DNA of 64,000 nt. Origin: Candidatus Poribacteria bacterium. GTDB taxonomy: Bacteria; Poribacteria; WGA-4E; WGA-3G. Shown here piece by piece: positions 10,169 to 20,784 of the stretch. Under the pieces are notes generated by a model, which was not told where the DNA came from, made no database searches, and was given only the letters and a program-made list of their open reading frames with translations. Where the stretch lies: NCBI GenBank assembly GCA_022825825.1, contig JAJDWA010000023.1:104424-168423 (forward strand), given 5' to 3'. Numbering within the stretch: the stretch's first letter is position 1; each line of letters opens with the position of its first letter. Both the position numbers and the translations under genes were made by a program.

Positions 10169-11272
10169 ATGAAAACACGTGCCGCAGTAATGTATGAACA
10201 CAATCAACCTGTTGTGGTTGAGGAATTGGAGTTAGAAGAAGCGAAAGCAAATGAAGTTCTCGTCCGCACTGCTGCAAGCGGTGTGTGTCATTCTGACCTT
10301 TCTGTCGTCACGGGTGCTATCTATTACGACGCGGCTGTTGTGCTTGGGCATGAGGGGGCGGGTGTTATTGAGCATGTTGGAAGCGATGTAACAGATTTTC
10401 GGGTAGGAGACCATGTCATCCTCTCATTCGTGACCTATTGCGGTGATTGTTACATGTGTCAGATGGAAAAAGTCTGTTTGTGCGAAAGCTACAATGTACC
10501 ACGCGGATTTCAATTAGATGGTACTTACCGCTTGTATAACAAATCAGGGGACGGTATCCTGCAGATGGCACGCATTGCGACTATGTCTGAATACATGGTC
10601 GTGCCGCAACAAAACCTCGTCAAGATAGACCCCGATTATGCGTTAGAGAAAGCTGCGCTTGTCGGCTGCGGTGTAACCACAGGCGTTGGTGCTGTCTTGA
10701 ATACTGCCAAGGTGGAATCCGGTAGTTCCGTAGCCGTTATCGGCACAGGCGGAGTCGGTTTAAACGCTATCCAAGGTGCTGTGCTCGCGCAAGCAGAAAA
10801 GATTATCGCTGTTGATATTACAGAGAAAAAACTTGACTTTGCAAAAAGTTTTGGTGCAACAGATGTTGTTAACGCTGCGAAAGATGATCCGGTTGAAGCG
10901 GTTCGTGAGTTGACAGATGGTCGAGGTGTTGATTATGCGTTTGAGGTAATCGGTAATCCAGAGACTATAACCCAAGCATATCAAATGGTGCGCGCCGCTG
11001 GGGCCGTTGTTATTGTAGGAATAACACATCATCAAAAGGAATTCAGTGTCCCCGCACAACATTTTGTCACATCTGAGAAACAGATAATCGGTTCGTTCTA
11101 CGGTTCGTGTCAACCACGGGTGGATATGCCGAAACTTCTCAATCTATACTCGGAGGGGAAGTTGAAGTTAGATGAACTCATTACAAAACATTATCGGCTT
11201 GAGCAGATTAACGAAGCATTTGCTGATATGGAAGCCGGTGAAAATGCTCGTGGCGTTATCCTCTTTAATTGA
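10169..11272 (+). CDS. Zn-dependent alcohol dehydrogenase (MDR family)
   Basis: GVCHSD, GHEGAG, CGDCYMC, GCGVTTG, GTGGVG. Confidence 0.92.
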   Translation: MKTRAAVMYEHNQPVVVEELELEEAKANEVLVRTAASGVCHSDLSVVTGAIYYDAAVVLGHEGAGVIEHVGSDVTDFRVGDHVILSFVTYCGDCYMCQMEKVCLCESYNVPRGFQLDGTYRLYNKSGDGILQMARIATMSEYMVVPQQNLVKIDPDYALEKAALVGCGVTTGVGAVLNTAKVESGSSVAVIGTGGVGLNAIQGAVLAQAEKIIAVDITEKKLDFAKSFGATDVVNAAKDDPVEAVRELTDGRGVDYAFEVIGNPETITQAYQMVRAAGAVVIVGITHHQKEFSVPAQHFVTSEKQIIGSFYGSCQPRVDMPKLLNLYSEGKLKLDELITKHYRLEQINEAFADMEAGENARGVILFN

Positions 11273-11311
11273 TATCCTTCCTTTTCATCACAAAATGGTG
11301 AATACAATAAA

Positions 11312-12088
11312 ATGAAATCTATCCACACCTCTGTCCGCGAACAGTTTAGCCAACATGCCGACTATTATGCCCAAAGCAGCGCACATGCCAAAGGAGATAC
11401 CCTTGAGGTTATCCTTGACTTTGCAAATCCGAAAGGGATGGAGAAAACGCTGGATATTGCGACAGGTACAGGTTTTACTGCATTCGCTCTTGCGCCTAAG
11501 GTCGCGTATGTCGTCGCCACGGATCTCACCCCAGAGATGGTTGCTAAGGCATCCGAATTAGCACAGGAACAAGCGATAAAAAATGTTACGTTTTCCGTTG
11601 CTGCAGCGGAGTCCCTACCATTTGCTACTGCTTCATTAGATTTAGTAACCTGCCGACTGGCACCTCACCATTTTCAAGATGTCCCCAAATTCTTAAGCGA
11701 GGTTTATCGTGTTTTACGCACAGATGGACTTTTTTGCCTTGTGGACTCTGTTTCCCCTGAATCAGAGAAGTTAATAGCATGGCAAAACCGCGTGGAAAAA
11801 TTACGTGACGATTCTCATGTATATGGATATCCACCTTCTCAGTGGGATGCGATGATTTCGGATGTCGGTTTTAATATTGAGAGGACAGCACATACCCGAA
11901 ATGCACTGATGTCGTTTTTATGGTGGGTACGTCCACAGAAAAACCCACCGGAAGTGGTGCAGGAGATCCGTGACGCGTTCGCACAACTCTCGCCTGATGA
12001 CGCAAAAAAGTATTATACAGTTGAACCTGCAAATGATGATTTCTATTTTTCGTGGCCGATGTATGCTGTTAAAGCAAAACGGAGGTAA
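11312..12088 (+). CDS. Class I SAM-dependent methyltransferase (UbiE-like)
   Basis: LDIATGTG, AAESLPF, CRLAPHHF. Confidence 0.88.
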   Translation: MKSIHTSVREQFSQHADYYAQSSAHAKGDTLEVILDFANPKGMEKTLDIATGTGFTAFALAPKVAYVVATDLTPEMVAKASELAQEQAIKNVTFSVAAAESLPFATASLDLVTCRLAPHHFQDVPKFLSEVYRVLRTDGLFCLVDSVSPESEKLIAWQNRVEKLRDDSHVYGYPPSQWDAMISDVGFNIERTAHTRNALMSFLWWVRPQKNPPEVVQEIRDAFAQLSPDDAKKYYTVEPANDDFYFSWPMYAVKAKRR

Positions 12089-12133
12089 TACAACCGTGTT
12101 GTTGCGGGGAAGATTATTGCTAACGCGGTGATG

Positions 12134-12547
12134 TCAGAGTTGATCTTCAATCCATTCATCGTTATGGTCAGGGTTATAAATTAGTCCTTTTTTGATATCC
12201 AGACAAAGGTCAAGCATTTCCAAAATCATGTGTCCCACAAGGACAGGCACATTTTCCGGTATATCTGTGACCTCAATTATTCCGCTTCGTTCCAAGACTG
12301 TAAATTGTACCGGCGAATAAATAAACCTATCCACGATACCGTTTGTAGTTTGTGCTTTCCTACTGCCGACAGGTGTCAAACCAAGTTGTTCAACGATAGA
12401 TTTGGGTAGAGACAATCGAGAAGCCCCCGTATCAACGATTGCATCCTCAACAGTTATCCGCCGAATCTCTTCAGGATTAATAACGCCTGCTTCTGCTAAA
12501 TTCAAATCTTTTAAATTTGTGAGCTCAATCCTTGTCGTATGTTTCAT
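12134..12547 (-). CDS. Clan AA (retropepsin-like) aspartic protease
   Basis: AIVDTGAS, VLVGHMILE. Confidence 0.85.
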   Translation of the reverse strand: MKHTTRIELTNLKDLNLAEAGVINPEEIRRITVEDAIVDTGASRLSLPKSIVEQLGLTPVGSRKAQTTNGIVDRFIYSPVQFTVLERSGIIEVTDIPENVPVLVGHMILEMLDLCLDIKKGLIYNPDHNDEWIEDQL

Positions 12548-12721
12548 TGTTAATCCGCATAATCACATGAGAATAAATCGATACCATTTTGTACTTTGGA
12601 GTCTGATTATAAGGATACCACAAAAATTTGTGAATATCAAGTGGTAATCGGCATGCCAAAAGGCATTCTGTTTTCTGAATTGATAATGGGGTAAATAGGT
12701 TTACAAAAAAAGATGCTCTAC

Positions 12722-12779
12722 AAGATAAAAGTTCTATGAATGAGCGATTGCAACCCGCTATTCATAGAACTTTTATCTT
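12722..12779. terminator. Long hairpin downstream of the TonB-dependent receptor (probable terminator)
   Basis: Perfect 20-bp inverted repeat AAGATAAAAGTTCTATGAAT / ATTCATAGAACTTTTATCTT. Confidence 0.6.
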
Positions 12780-12789
12780 ATGAAAAACT

Positions 12790-15597
12790 TTAGAAAGTTT
12801 GTGTTAACCGCGCCATCGCTAAACGTCCAATCTCCGGTGTTCCCACAAATTGCTGATGTTTATAATCCAGCAGATTTTGCACAGTCACTGACAGGCGTGG
12901 TTTAGGACCGAGTGGAATAACATAACCAGCGTTTAGATCAAGCGTCCAATACGATTCGACCTCACCGATGTAAACCCCGGATCGGACAGGAAAGCCTTCC
13001 ACAAACCGTGCGCGTAATCCCACGCCTAATCCGAGATCAATGTTAGTGTATTGGACGTTTGCACCAAACTTATTTTTGGGAGCGTTGAGGGCAATGTCGC
13101 CGATTCCATCAACGTTTTCAAAGAGGTCTTTGCTGACAAACGAATAATTAGCGCCAAGACTCAAACTCGGATTGAGGAAAAAGGTAAAATTCAGGTCTAA
13201 TCCGTTGAGCGAAATGTCCCCGTAGTTGCGATAGGTTTGCATGACTGCGTTTGGATCTACTGCCTCTTCGGGTGTTACCGTGCCAAACGGAATGAAAGCA
13301 GCTCCATTATTTTCCGTTCCTGCAACAAACAACGTTACCAACTCATCAACAGGTGAACCGTTGCCGTTTCCGCCTTGAGTAGGTGCATCAAACGCGAGTA
13401 GTGCCTGGGCAAGTTGTACGTTTTGCGGATTAGCCAACGCCGCCTCTATCTGCTGTATGAGAGACGCACTCAATGTTTCGGTGTCCAGGAATACATTGGG
13501 GGTTTCGAAAATCAAAGGACCGATAAAATTGTTAATCCTTGAGTGATACACATCAGCAGAAAAAGCTAATCTGTTTAGGAGAATTCCTTTGTAACCGACC
13601 TCATAAGTTTGTGTGATAGTTGGCTTAAGTGGCTCAATATCATTTACATCTTCAACGTTAATGAATGGCGGTTCATTTGGATCGTTTATTTCGGGGTTAT
13701 ATTTTGGATTAACTGAACGCAAGACATTTTTTACACCTTCAACCCCTGATGGGATAAGGTTTTCAAAACCTTCAGAAAGGGATTCGATTATAGGTTCTGG
13801 CAACCCTTGTGCAGTTAGACCTGCTTCAAATTTCGGTTTCGCTTCACTCATAATAGCAGTTCGTGCTACGTTCCACATGACGTTGGTGAAATCAGGGTTA
13901 TTAAGCGGGATGAAATTATCACCTGCGGGTGAGAAGGGTGAACGAAATTCAGGGCGTGCATTTTCACTTCTTTTGAAAGTGAATCCGGTTTCGGAAGGGA
14001 CACCCTGTGCACGTATGTCAATTCCTACCTTAAAAGGGTTTTCTTTTCCCAGGATATCAAGAAATAGATTTGAGGTCCCTGGCGTGCTGAAAGCGCGGTT
14101 ATAGGTTAGTCTTATGTTATGGTCGTCATTCGGTTGAAACGCAAGCGCGACCCTTGGCGAAAGCACAATGTCGTTGAGATGGTTGTGGTGATCTGCCCTC
14201 CCTGCAGCAAGCAGCTTCAGCTGCGGCAGGATATTGGTTTCGGATTGCAAATAGCCCCCAATTTCATTTATATTGTCACTATCTTCGTTGGCACCATTGA
14301 TTGTTTCCTCAGTATCGGGGCGGGTGAGCAACACATCCAATCCGTAAGTAAACCTTTGCACATCTCCAATGCCATAACTGTGTTGAATCTGACCTACATA
14401 CAGGTCAGAATTGTCGATGATTGGTTGACCTGTTCGGATTTGATAGGTATCGCCAGCATCACTTCGATTCCAAAAGGCTTGGGCAAACAGATCCTTGTAA
14501 ATAAACCGGGCTTGGGCATAACCGTAAGTCCAGTTTTTGGCTTGTCCTGCACCGATACCGGTCAGTTCTATACCAGTGGCTTGTGTGAATCCACTGGCAA
14601 GAATCGTTGTCAGTTCATCGTTGGGACGATAATCCACGCGAAATTCGCCGCCGGCTTTGTATGTCCCAAATATCGGTTCTCCTTCACCTTCAAGGTCTTC
14701 TTTCGCTCGTCCTTCCTTCCAGTCGTTGCCTCGGGTATAATTGCCCGACAACTTATAGCCTATCGTATCATTGATAACACCTGCATGTCGAAGCGATCCG
14801 ATGAGAAGACTCCGCTCACCACCGCCAACGCTGACGGTTGTACCTTGAGAAGTAAACGGAGATCGGGTGAGAATGTGCATCACACCGTTGGCACTGTTCG
14901 GCCCGTAGAGTGCAGCGCCAGGGCCTGAGACGACTTCAATCTGTTCAATATCTTCACTGATAGTCGGTACGAATCTATAAGCGTTGACCCGCAGCGAAGG
15001 CACGCTTGCGATTCGATTGTCCACAAGCGATAGAAGTGAACCAGAAAAAACGTTGTTGAAGCCCCGCACGACAACATGCGATGAGCCAAGCCCCGCGGTC
15101 ACGACATCCACCGCGCGCAGCGATTTCAAGTGTTCTGTAACACTTGGCGCGACCCGGTCTTTGATATCAGAAGCATCAAGCAAAGCAACTGATGCTGGTG
15201 CTTCAAGGACTTTCTCCTTACGGCGTGATGCTGTCACTGAAACTTTTTCAAGTTCAATCACTTCTGAAGAAAGAGCAATTTCTACCGATTTTGTTTGATC
15301 GGTAGCAAGCTCTACATTTGTCATAATCTTTTCAGTGTACCCTTGAGAAGATGCGGTAATTGTGTAGACACCCGCAGCTAAATTAGCTACTGCAAGTGTG
15401 CCGTTTTCATCGCTAACACCTTTAGCAGTATCGCCCGCTTCAGGTTTAACGTTAATCGTAACATTGTTCAGTTTATCGCCGGTTTGGGCATCTGTCACCG
15501 TGATGTTCAAAGTAGCGGCCTGCCCTGGCAAAGTAGCAACTCCTAAAATAACAAATAAGGCGAACATCACTATATTAATTAGTCTCAATCGTTTCAT
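12790..15597 (-). CDS. TonB-dependent receptor with N-terminal carboxypeptidase-regulatory-like domain
   Basis: Signal peptide, VSVTASRR, plug IEQIEVVSGPGAALYG, VQNLLD, C-terminal F. Confidence 0.92.
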   Translation of the reverse strand: MKRLRLINIVMFALFVILGVATLPGQAATLNITVTDAQTGDKLNNVTINVKPEAGDTAKGVSDENGTLAVANLAAGVYTITASSQGYTEKIMTNVELATDQTKSVEIALSSEVIELEKVSVTASRRKEKVLEAPASVALLDASDIKDRVAPSVTEHLKSLRAVDVVTAGLGSSHVVVRGFNNVFSGSLLSLVDNRIASVPSLRVNAYRFVPTISEDIEQIEVVSGPGAALYGPNSANGVMHILTRSPFTSQGTTVSVGGGERSLLIGSLRHAGVINDTIGYKLSGNYTRGNDWKEGRAKEDLEGEGEPIFGTYKAGGEFRVDYRPNDELTTILASGFTQATGIELTGIGAGQAKNWTYGYAQARFIYKDLFAQAFWNRSDAGDTYQIRTGQPIIDNSDLYVGQIQHSYGIGDVQRFTYGLDVLLTRPDTEETINGANEDSDNINEIGGYLQSETNILPQLKLLAAGRADHHNHLNDIVLSPRVALAFQPNDDHNIRLTYNRAFSTPGTSNLFLDILGKENPFKVGIDIRAQGVPSETGFTFKRSENARPEFRSPFSPAGDNFIPLNNPDFTNVMWNVARTAIMSEAKPKFEAGLTAQGLPEPIIESLSEGFENLIPSGVEGVKNVLRSVNPKYNPEINDPNEPPFINVEDVNDIEPLKPTITQTYEVGYKGILLNRLAFSADVYHSRINNFIGPLIFETPNVFLDTETLSASLIQQIEAALANPQNVQLAQALLAFDAPTQGGNGNGSPVDELVTLFVAGTENNGAAFIPFGTVTPEEAVDPNAVMQTYRNYGDISLNGLDLNFTFFLNPSLSLGANYSFVSKDLFENVDGIGDIALNAPKNKFGANVQYTNIDLGLGVGLRARFVEGFPVRSGVYIGEVESYWTLDLNAGYVIPLGPKPRLSVTVQNLLDYKHQQFVGTPEIGRLAMARLTQTF

Positions 15598-15703
15598 TAT
15601 ATTAACTCCTTTAACAATGGTTAAGTATCACAAATCTAAAAAGAAAAAGCAAACTTTTTCGAAAAAATGTTGCTTGTCCGTCTACGGTAATATTCTTTAC
15701 AAA

Positions 15704-16660
15704 CTATCTTAACAGAAACTGTTCAATATCCGAATGGGTTGGCAGTGCGGGGATAACACCAACTTTCCGAGTCGCCAGTGCTCCCGCTGCATTTGCATAC
15801 TGCATGATAGAACCAAATTGGTCTTTTTCAAGTGATGCCAAGTTAGCATGCATCATTAGTTGGGTAAGCATAGCAGCGACAAACGCATCGCCTGCGCCAA
15901 GCGTATCTACTACTTCAACGGCAAAACCGTCAACATAACCTTCAACGTTACCGTTTGTGTAATAACATCCACGTTCCCCTAATGTTACAACAACCAACTT
16001 CACACCGAGTCCGAGGATCCGTTCAATGCCTCGCTTCAATTCGACATCTCCTGTAACAAACTCCCATTCCTCTTCTGAAATTTTGACGACATCGGCGTAG
16101 GACATTACCTCCCAAATCCAGTGCTTTGCATCCTCAGCGTTGTCCCATAGCATCAACCGCAAATTTGGATCATAAGAGATAAACGCACCTGCATCCTTGG
16201 CACATTGAATTGCTTTGAGGGTTGCTTCGCGGGTCGGTGAATGGCTCAGACTAACAGAACCGTAATGAAATAGTTCCGCCGATTGAATGTAGTCTGCATC
16301 AATCTCATCGGGGGAAAGCTGAATGTCGGCACCTGGATGTCGATAAAAAGTAATATCCTTCATGCCATCGGAACGTGTGGCAACAAAGGCTAATGTGGTA
16401 CGGGATGCTTCTCCCGCTATGAGATAAGTTGTATCAACACTGTTCTGTTGAAGCGTATCAGTCAGGAAATCACCGAACGGATCAGCACCGACTTTGCCGA
16501 TAAACCCTGCATCAATTCCGAGTTTGGCTAACCCAACAGCGACGTTAGCAGGAGCACCGCCAGGTGCCTTAACAAATCCCGGTGCCTCGGCAAGGGTGAC
16601 GTCAGGGGTCGTGGATACAAAATCGATGAGCAGTTCACCGATACATAAAGCTTTTGGCAT
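15704..16660 (-). CDS. PfkB family carbohydrate kinase (fructokinase-like)
   Basis: GGAPANVA, DTLGAGDAF; start placed at MPKALC after a GAGGA RBS. Confidence 0.92.
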   Translation of the reverse strand: MPKALCIGELLIDFVSTTPDVTLAEAPGFVKAPGGAPANVAVGLAKLGIDAGFIGKVGADPFGDFLTDTLQQNSVDTTYLIAGEASRTTLAFVATRSDGMKDITFYRHPGADIQLSPDEIDADYIQSAELFHYGSVSLSHSPTREATLKAIQCAKDAGAFISYDPNLRLMLWDNAEDAKHWIWEVMSYADVVKISEEEWEFVTGDVELKRGIERILGLGVKLVVVTLGERGCYYTNGNVEGYVDGFAVEVVDTLGAGDAFVAAMLTQLMMHANLASLEKDQFGSIMQYANAAGALATRKVGVIPALPTHSDIEQFLLR

Positions 16661-16744
16661 AAGATTTATTCCTCTAAAATATAGGCATAAGGTTTGCACA
16701 AATTGAGGGCTGATTTTCTACCTAATACTATATTTCTGTGCGTT

Positions 16745-18643
16745 TTACCTCGGTGGAACATCCCACAAAAGCACTGTCCCATCTGTACTTGCAGTTGCGA
16801 TTGTGCGGCCATCCGGACTGAAAGTAACCTCATTGACGACAGAACCATGTCCAATAAAATTCCGTAATGATTCGCTTGTAGAGATATTCCATATAGTGAC
16901 TGACCCGTTTTTATTAGCACTTGCAACTATGCGGCCATCCGGACTGAAACAGACGTTTTCGACCCAACCGGCGGTATTCCCCGTAAGTTCTTTATGGAAC
17001 CCGAACATAGAAATAGGGAACAAATGTATTTTATTATGTCCACCAGTTACGAATTGCCTACCGCTTGGCGTAAAACTCACCCCGCTACCGAGGTTGTTTG
17101 CGATGATTCTTGAGCGCCTCCCTGTAGCATTCCATAAATGTAATTTGTTTGTGGCAGTTAATATTTTTCGACCATCTGGTGAAAAGCGGACGGTGCTGAC
17201 AATTTTGTCATGCGGTAATGTGTTTAAGAGTTCACCAGTAGTTACATCCCATAAAAGTACCGTTGTGTCCCAACCGCCACTTGCAATTTTTCGACCATCT
17301 GGCGAGAAGTCAACACTTAAGACAATACCTGTATGTCCTTCCAGAGTTTTCAAGGGTCTACCTGTAGATATATCCCACAAACGCACTGTTTTGTCTTCGC
17401 TACCACATACAACTGTTTTACTATCCGGCGAAAAACAGACGCTTCCGATCGTAGAAGTATTTCCTCTAAAAGATATTAAATGTTCCCCGGTAATAGCATC
17501 CCATAAATGAACAGCCCTTTCTTCGCCGCCAGTAGCAATTTTCAGTCCGTCCGGAGAAAATTGAACGCTACTAACTCTGCCAGTATGCCCTGTCAATGTC
17601 TTACGAAGTTCACCCGTGTCAACATTCCAAAAATGAATCTCGTTTTCGCTTGCACTTGCTAATGTTTTTCCATCCGGCGAAAAACGGATGTTTTTGACAT
17701 TCCCGCTCGGTACTTCAATAGATTTTAGGAGTTCTCCTGTGTCAACATCCCAAAAACGCACCTCACGATAGTTAGCACTTGCCAAGGTTTTTCCATCCGG
17801 TGAAAAACTAACACCTTTGATCCCGTTTGAAGAAGAATGTGCCTTTAGCGTCTTGATTTGTTTGCCTGTTGTAACATTCCAAAAACGCACACTATTGTCT
17901 TTACAAGCACTCACGAGCGTCTTCCCATCTGGCGAAAAACTGATACCCGTTACATCACCTTTATGTTCCTTAATCGTATGTAGGGTTGTGCCAGTAAGAA
18001 CATCCCATAAATACATCGTGCCGCTTTCTTTATAACTTTCGCTTTCGGTTCCGGTGGCAAGTATACGGCCATCTGGGGAAAATCTGATACAGGTATAAGG
18101 CTTAGTGTGCTTTTTTGCCCCTTTGAGAAGTTCTCCAGTGGTAGTATTCCATAAACGTAACTTTCCATCATAACCGCCGGTTGCAAGTATCGTTCCATCT
18201 GGAGAGAAACTTATGGCAGATACCCATAAAGTATGATCTGGCAAAGTATGCAAGAGTTGACCAGTAGTCGCATTCCATAAATGGACTGGACCTTTATGGG
18301 CACCAGTTGCAACTCTTGTTCCAGCCGGTGAAAGACTCCCACTCCAGACAAAATCTTTATTGTTGGTAAATAGTGCTAATTCCTTAAGCGTATCGGTATC
18401 ATAAAGCCAAGTCCCTATGGAACTGGTAACCGCGAACCGCTTTCCATCTGCAGAATATTCTATTCCATTTATCCAACCTTTACCAATACGGGCTTTGGCA
18501 CCCTCAGGCAAACTGAGTTGGGTAGACGGTGCATAATTGGTTTCCAACGGTTCTGGAAGACGGGGATTCTGTTGACAAGCAGTACCGCCTGCAAGAATTA
18601 GGAATCCGAAAAATAAAACGATTTTCTTTGCACGTGTAAACAT
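16745..18643 (-). CDS. WD40-repeat protein, probable lipoprotein
   Basis: About 13 FSPDG..W[DN] repeats; signal peptide ending in Cys. Confidence 0.9.
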   Translation of the reverse strand: MFTRAKKIVLFFGFLILAGGTACQQNPRLPEPLETNYAPSTQLSLPEGAKARIGKGWINGIEYSADGKRFAVTSSIGTWLYDTDTLKELALFTNNKDFVWSGSLSPAGTRVATGAHKGPVHLWNATTGQLLHTLPDHTLWVSAISFSPDGTILATGGYDGKLRLWNTTTGELLKGAKKHTKPYTCIRFSPDGRILATGTESESYKESGTMYLWDVLTGTTLHTIKEHKGDVTGISFSPDGKTLVSACKDNSVRFWNVTTGKQIKTLKAHSSSNGIKGVSFSPDGKTLASANYREVRFWDVDTGELLKSIEVPSGNVKNIRFSPDGKTLASASENEIHFWNVDTGELRKTLTGHTGRVSSVQFSPDGLKIATGGEERAVHLWDAITGEHLISFRGNTSTIGSVCFSPDSKTVVCGSEDKTVRLWDISTGRPLKTLEGHTGIVLSVDFSPDGRKIASGGWDTTVLLWDVTTGELLNTLPHDKIVSTVRFSPDGRKILTATNKLHLWNATGRRSRIIANNLGSGVSFTPSGRQFVTGGHNKIHLFPISMFGFHKELTGNTAGWVENVCFSPDGRIVASANKNGSVTIWNISTSESLRNFIGHGSVVNEVTFSPDGRTIATASTDGTVLLWDVPPR

Positions 18644-18670
18644 TGTAACCTCTTATGTTGATGGACAATA

Positions 18671-19753
18671 TCAAAATGTGGTTCGTAAGGTTTGCGCTTG
18701 TCCTGTTTCAGCTGACCGATAACCTGCGTCAAAAATCTCTATGACATGTCGTGCATGTTCCGCTGTAACGATGGTAGGTTTATCCTCACGTATCCAGTCA
18801 ACAAGTTGCATGATGTCTTCATATACGTGTGCTTCCTGTATGCTGCGATGTGGTCCTACGACGTGCGGTAGTTCTCTTTTTGGTGCATCAATCGGTTTAC
18901 CGTTAATGGTACTACCCTCAATCACGCCTGCTGTGCCGTTAATTGCTAATCCACCTTTGATTGCGTGCCCTGCCGCGGCACCATAGATAAAGCCGAAGAA
19001 GGCATCGCCGAAGTCAAGCAAAATAAAGGTGTTATCGTCCATGTCGCACGGGAGCATTTCCCCTCGGAATTCACGTTCTTTGACGCGTACACCTGAGAAA
19101 GCCGTTACCCGCTTGACGGGACCAAGGATACCAGTCATCGTGTGCAACCCGTAAACGGTCATGTCGTATAGCGGACCGCCGCCCGGTTTTCTAAAATACC
19201 ATGCGGGGTTGATATTAGAAAGGACATCATCACCTTGGCGGACAGATTCACTTTCGTGGTATCTGCCGAAAGAGGAACCCGTGGCAGCCCACGTCAATGT
19301 TCCGATTGCGCCATCGTTAATAAGTCTCTTAATCTCCTGATGTATCGGACGCAGCATCTGTCCTGGGGAAGCAACTAATTTGACTCCTCTACGCTTTGCT
19401 GATTCAATCAAATCATCAGCCTCATCAACGGTGGTTGTCATCGTTTTGTTGAAGTGTGCGTGGAGGCCGTGTTCAATAGCGAGTTTTCCTTGCTCGTAAT
19501 GTAAACCTATAGGTGATGCGATGCTGACAGCATCAACGTGTCCATCTGCCAATAATTCTTCAAAGGTTTCATAAGCGTGCGGCACATTGAATTTTTCAGA
19601 TGCGGCTTGTGTCCTGCCGGGAACGGGGTCGCAGACAGCGGTTACTTTTAGTCTATCCTGAACGTCGTCTTGTGTGAGGTGCGGCAGAATACCGCGTACT
19701 GAGATACTACCGACACCAACGACTCCGATACGCACTCTGCCATTAGTTGCCAT
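18671..19753 (-). CDS. Gfo/Idh/MocA family oxidoreductase
   Basis: IGVVGVGSI, GGGPLYDMTVY. Confidence 0.88.
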   Translation of the reverse strand: MATNGRVRIGVVGVGSISVRGILPHLTQDDVQDRLKVTAVCDPVPGRTQAASEKFNVPHAYETFEELLADGHVDAVSIASPIGLHYEQGKLAIEHGLHAHFNKTMTTTVDEADDLIESAKRRGVKLVASPGQMLRPIHQEIKRLINDGAIGTLTWAATGSSFGRYHESESVRQGDDVLSNINPAWYFRKPGGGPLYDMTVYGLHTMTGILGPVKRVTAFSGVRVKEREFRGEMLPCDMDDNTFILLDFGDAFFGFIYGAAAGHAIKGGLAINGTAGVIEGSTINGKPIDAPKRELPHVVGPHRSIQEAHVYEDIMQLVDWIREDKPTIVTAEHARHVIEIFDAGYRSAETGQAQTLRTTF

Positions 19754-20639
19754 GATATCTCCTCCACGATGTTTCGTGTTGCCACCCGACAGCGTTTTTG
19801 AGTTTGTCGCAATTGATAAACGATTGATGTTCCTTTAGTGATCGGACTTTTGACAGAAATTCTGGTTTAAAACGTTCAACTAACTCCAAGGATGGTTCTA
19901 AAGCAGAAGTGTCATCTGCGTTGAGAAAGTATACATCGTGCGGGGGAAGTGTGTCTGCTTTTTCCATAATCAAACGGTGCGCGCTTGCAACGTCTTCACT
20001 TCCTACCCAACACCAAAGCCATGGAGTCCAACCGTTTGTCGGTTTTGCGTTTGCTGCCATCTGTTTTCTACGTTCCTCTGACGTGATCCCAGCGGGACGG
20101 GTGATATAGGTTCGGATACCGTAGGCACGTGTATAACTCGCTAATAGGTCTTCACCACAACGTTTGGAGAAACTATAGGAATCTTCTGGATAGCACGGAT
20201 GTTCTTCATCTAAAGGCAGATAATCTATCGGCATGTGTGTTTTGCTAATGCGGAATCCGTGCCCTAATGCACAATTGCTGCCGGACATCACCACCGTTTT
20301 TACGTCTGCTTCAATTGCGGCTTGCATAAGGTAGTATGTGCCGAGCATATTGGTTTTGAAAGTTGCATCAAATGGGATGTCTTTCTCTGCAGCACCCGCA
20401 CGCATATCCGGATGGTCTACGGGACCGGGTTGTGCGCCAAGGTGTTGGATTGCATCTACGCCTTCTACGGCGCGTTGACAGTCCTCGAAGTTGTTTAGAT
20501 CGCCTTGAATAAATGGTAGTTTAGAAAATTCATCAGGCGGTTGTCTACGGGACATTAGGACAAGTGTATGTTTCTCTGCTAATTCTCGGATGAGATATGC
20601 CCCGAGCCTACCGCTTGCGCCAGTTATTAGGACTTTCAT
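19743..20639 (-). CDS. NAD-dependent epimerase/dehydratase
   Basis: ITGASGRLG, YSFSK (YxxxK). Confidence 0.88.
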   Translation of the reverse strand: MKVLITGASGRLGAYLIRELAEKHTLVLMSRRQPPDEFSKLPFIQGDLNNFEDCQRAVEGVDAIQHLGAQPGPVDHPDMRAGAAEKDIPFDATFKTNMLGTYYLMQAAIEADVKTVVMSGSNCALGHGFRISKTHMPIDYLPLDEEHPCYPEDSYSFSKRCGEDLLASYTRAYGIRTYITRPAGITSEERRKQMAANAKPTNGWTPWLWCWVGSEDVASAHRLIMEKADTLPPHDVYFLNADDTSALEPSLELVERFKPEFLSKVRSLKEHQSFINCDKLKNAVGWQHETSWRRYHGN

Positions 20640-20688
20640 GAAAAACCCTTTCATATTAATTTACAAATAGTTAAGTCGAAGAATTCAG

Positions 20689-20753
20689 TTGACAGGTGTC
20701 AGTGTGTTGTCTATTATTGTTAGGTATTATAGCACTACAGAGAATTTTGTCAA
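20689..20753. promoter_or_regulatory. Face-to-face sigma70-like promoters for divergent genes
   Basis: Plus strand TTGACA(20689)-17-TATTAT; minus strand TTGACA(20753)-16-TATAAT. Confidence 0.55.
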
Positions 20754-20784
20754 GTAAACTGTATTTGTAGAGGAGAAAACCACA

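Noticed and set aside
13613-14928. Long antisense ORFs (also 16803-17510, 35202-35825, 53791-54393)
   Set aside because: Shadows of well-supported genes on the opposite strand, with no motifs
15598-15703. Riboswitch upstream of the TonB-dependent receptor (also checked upstream of moaA and cimA)
   Set aside because: Leaders are short or AT-rich with no recognisable cobalamin, TPP or Moco consensus; an Rfam scan would be decisive
16745-18643. Periodic DNA repeats (CCATC..G.GAAAA)
   Set aside because: Explained by the coding of WD40 FSPDG repeats
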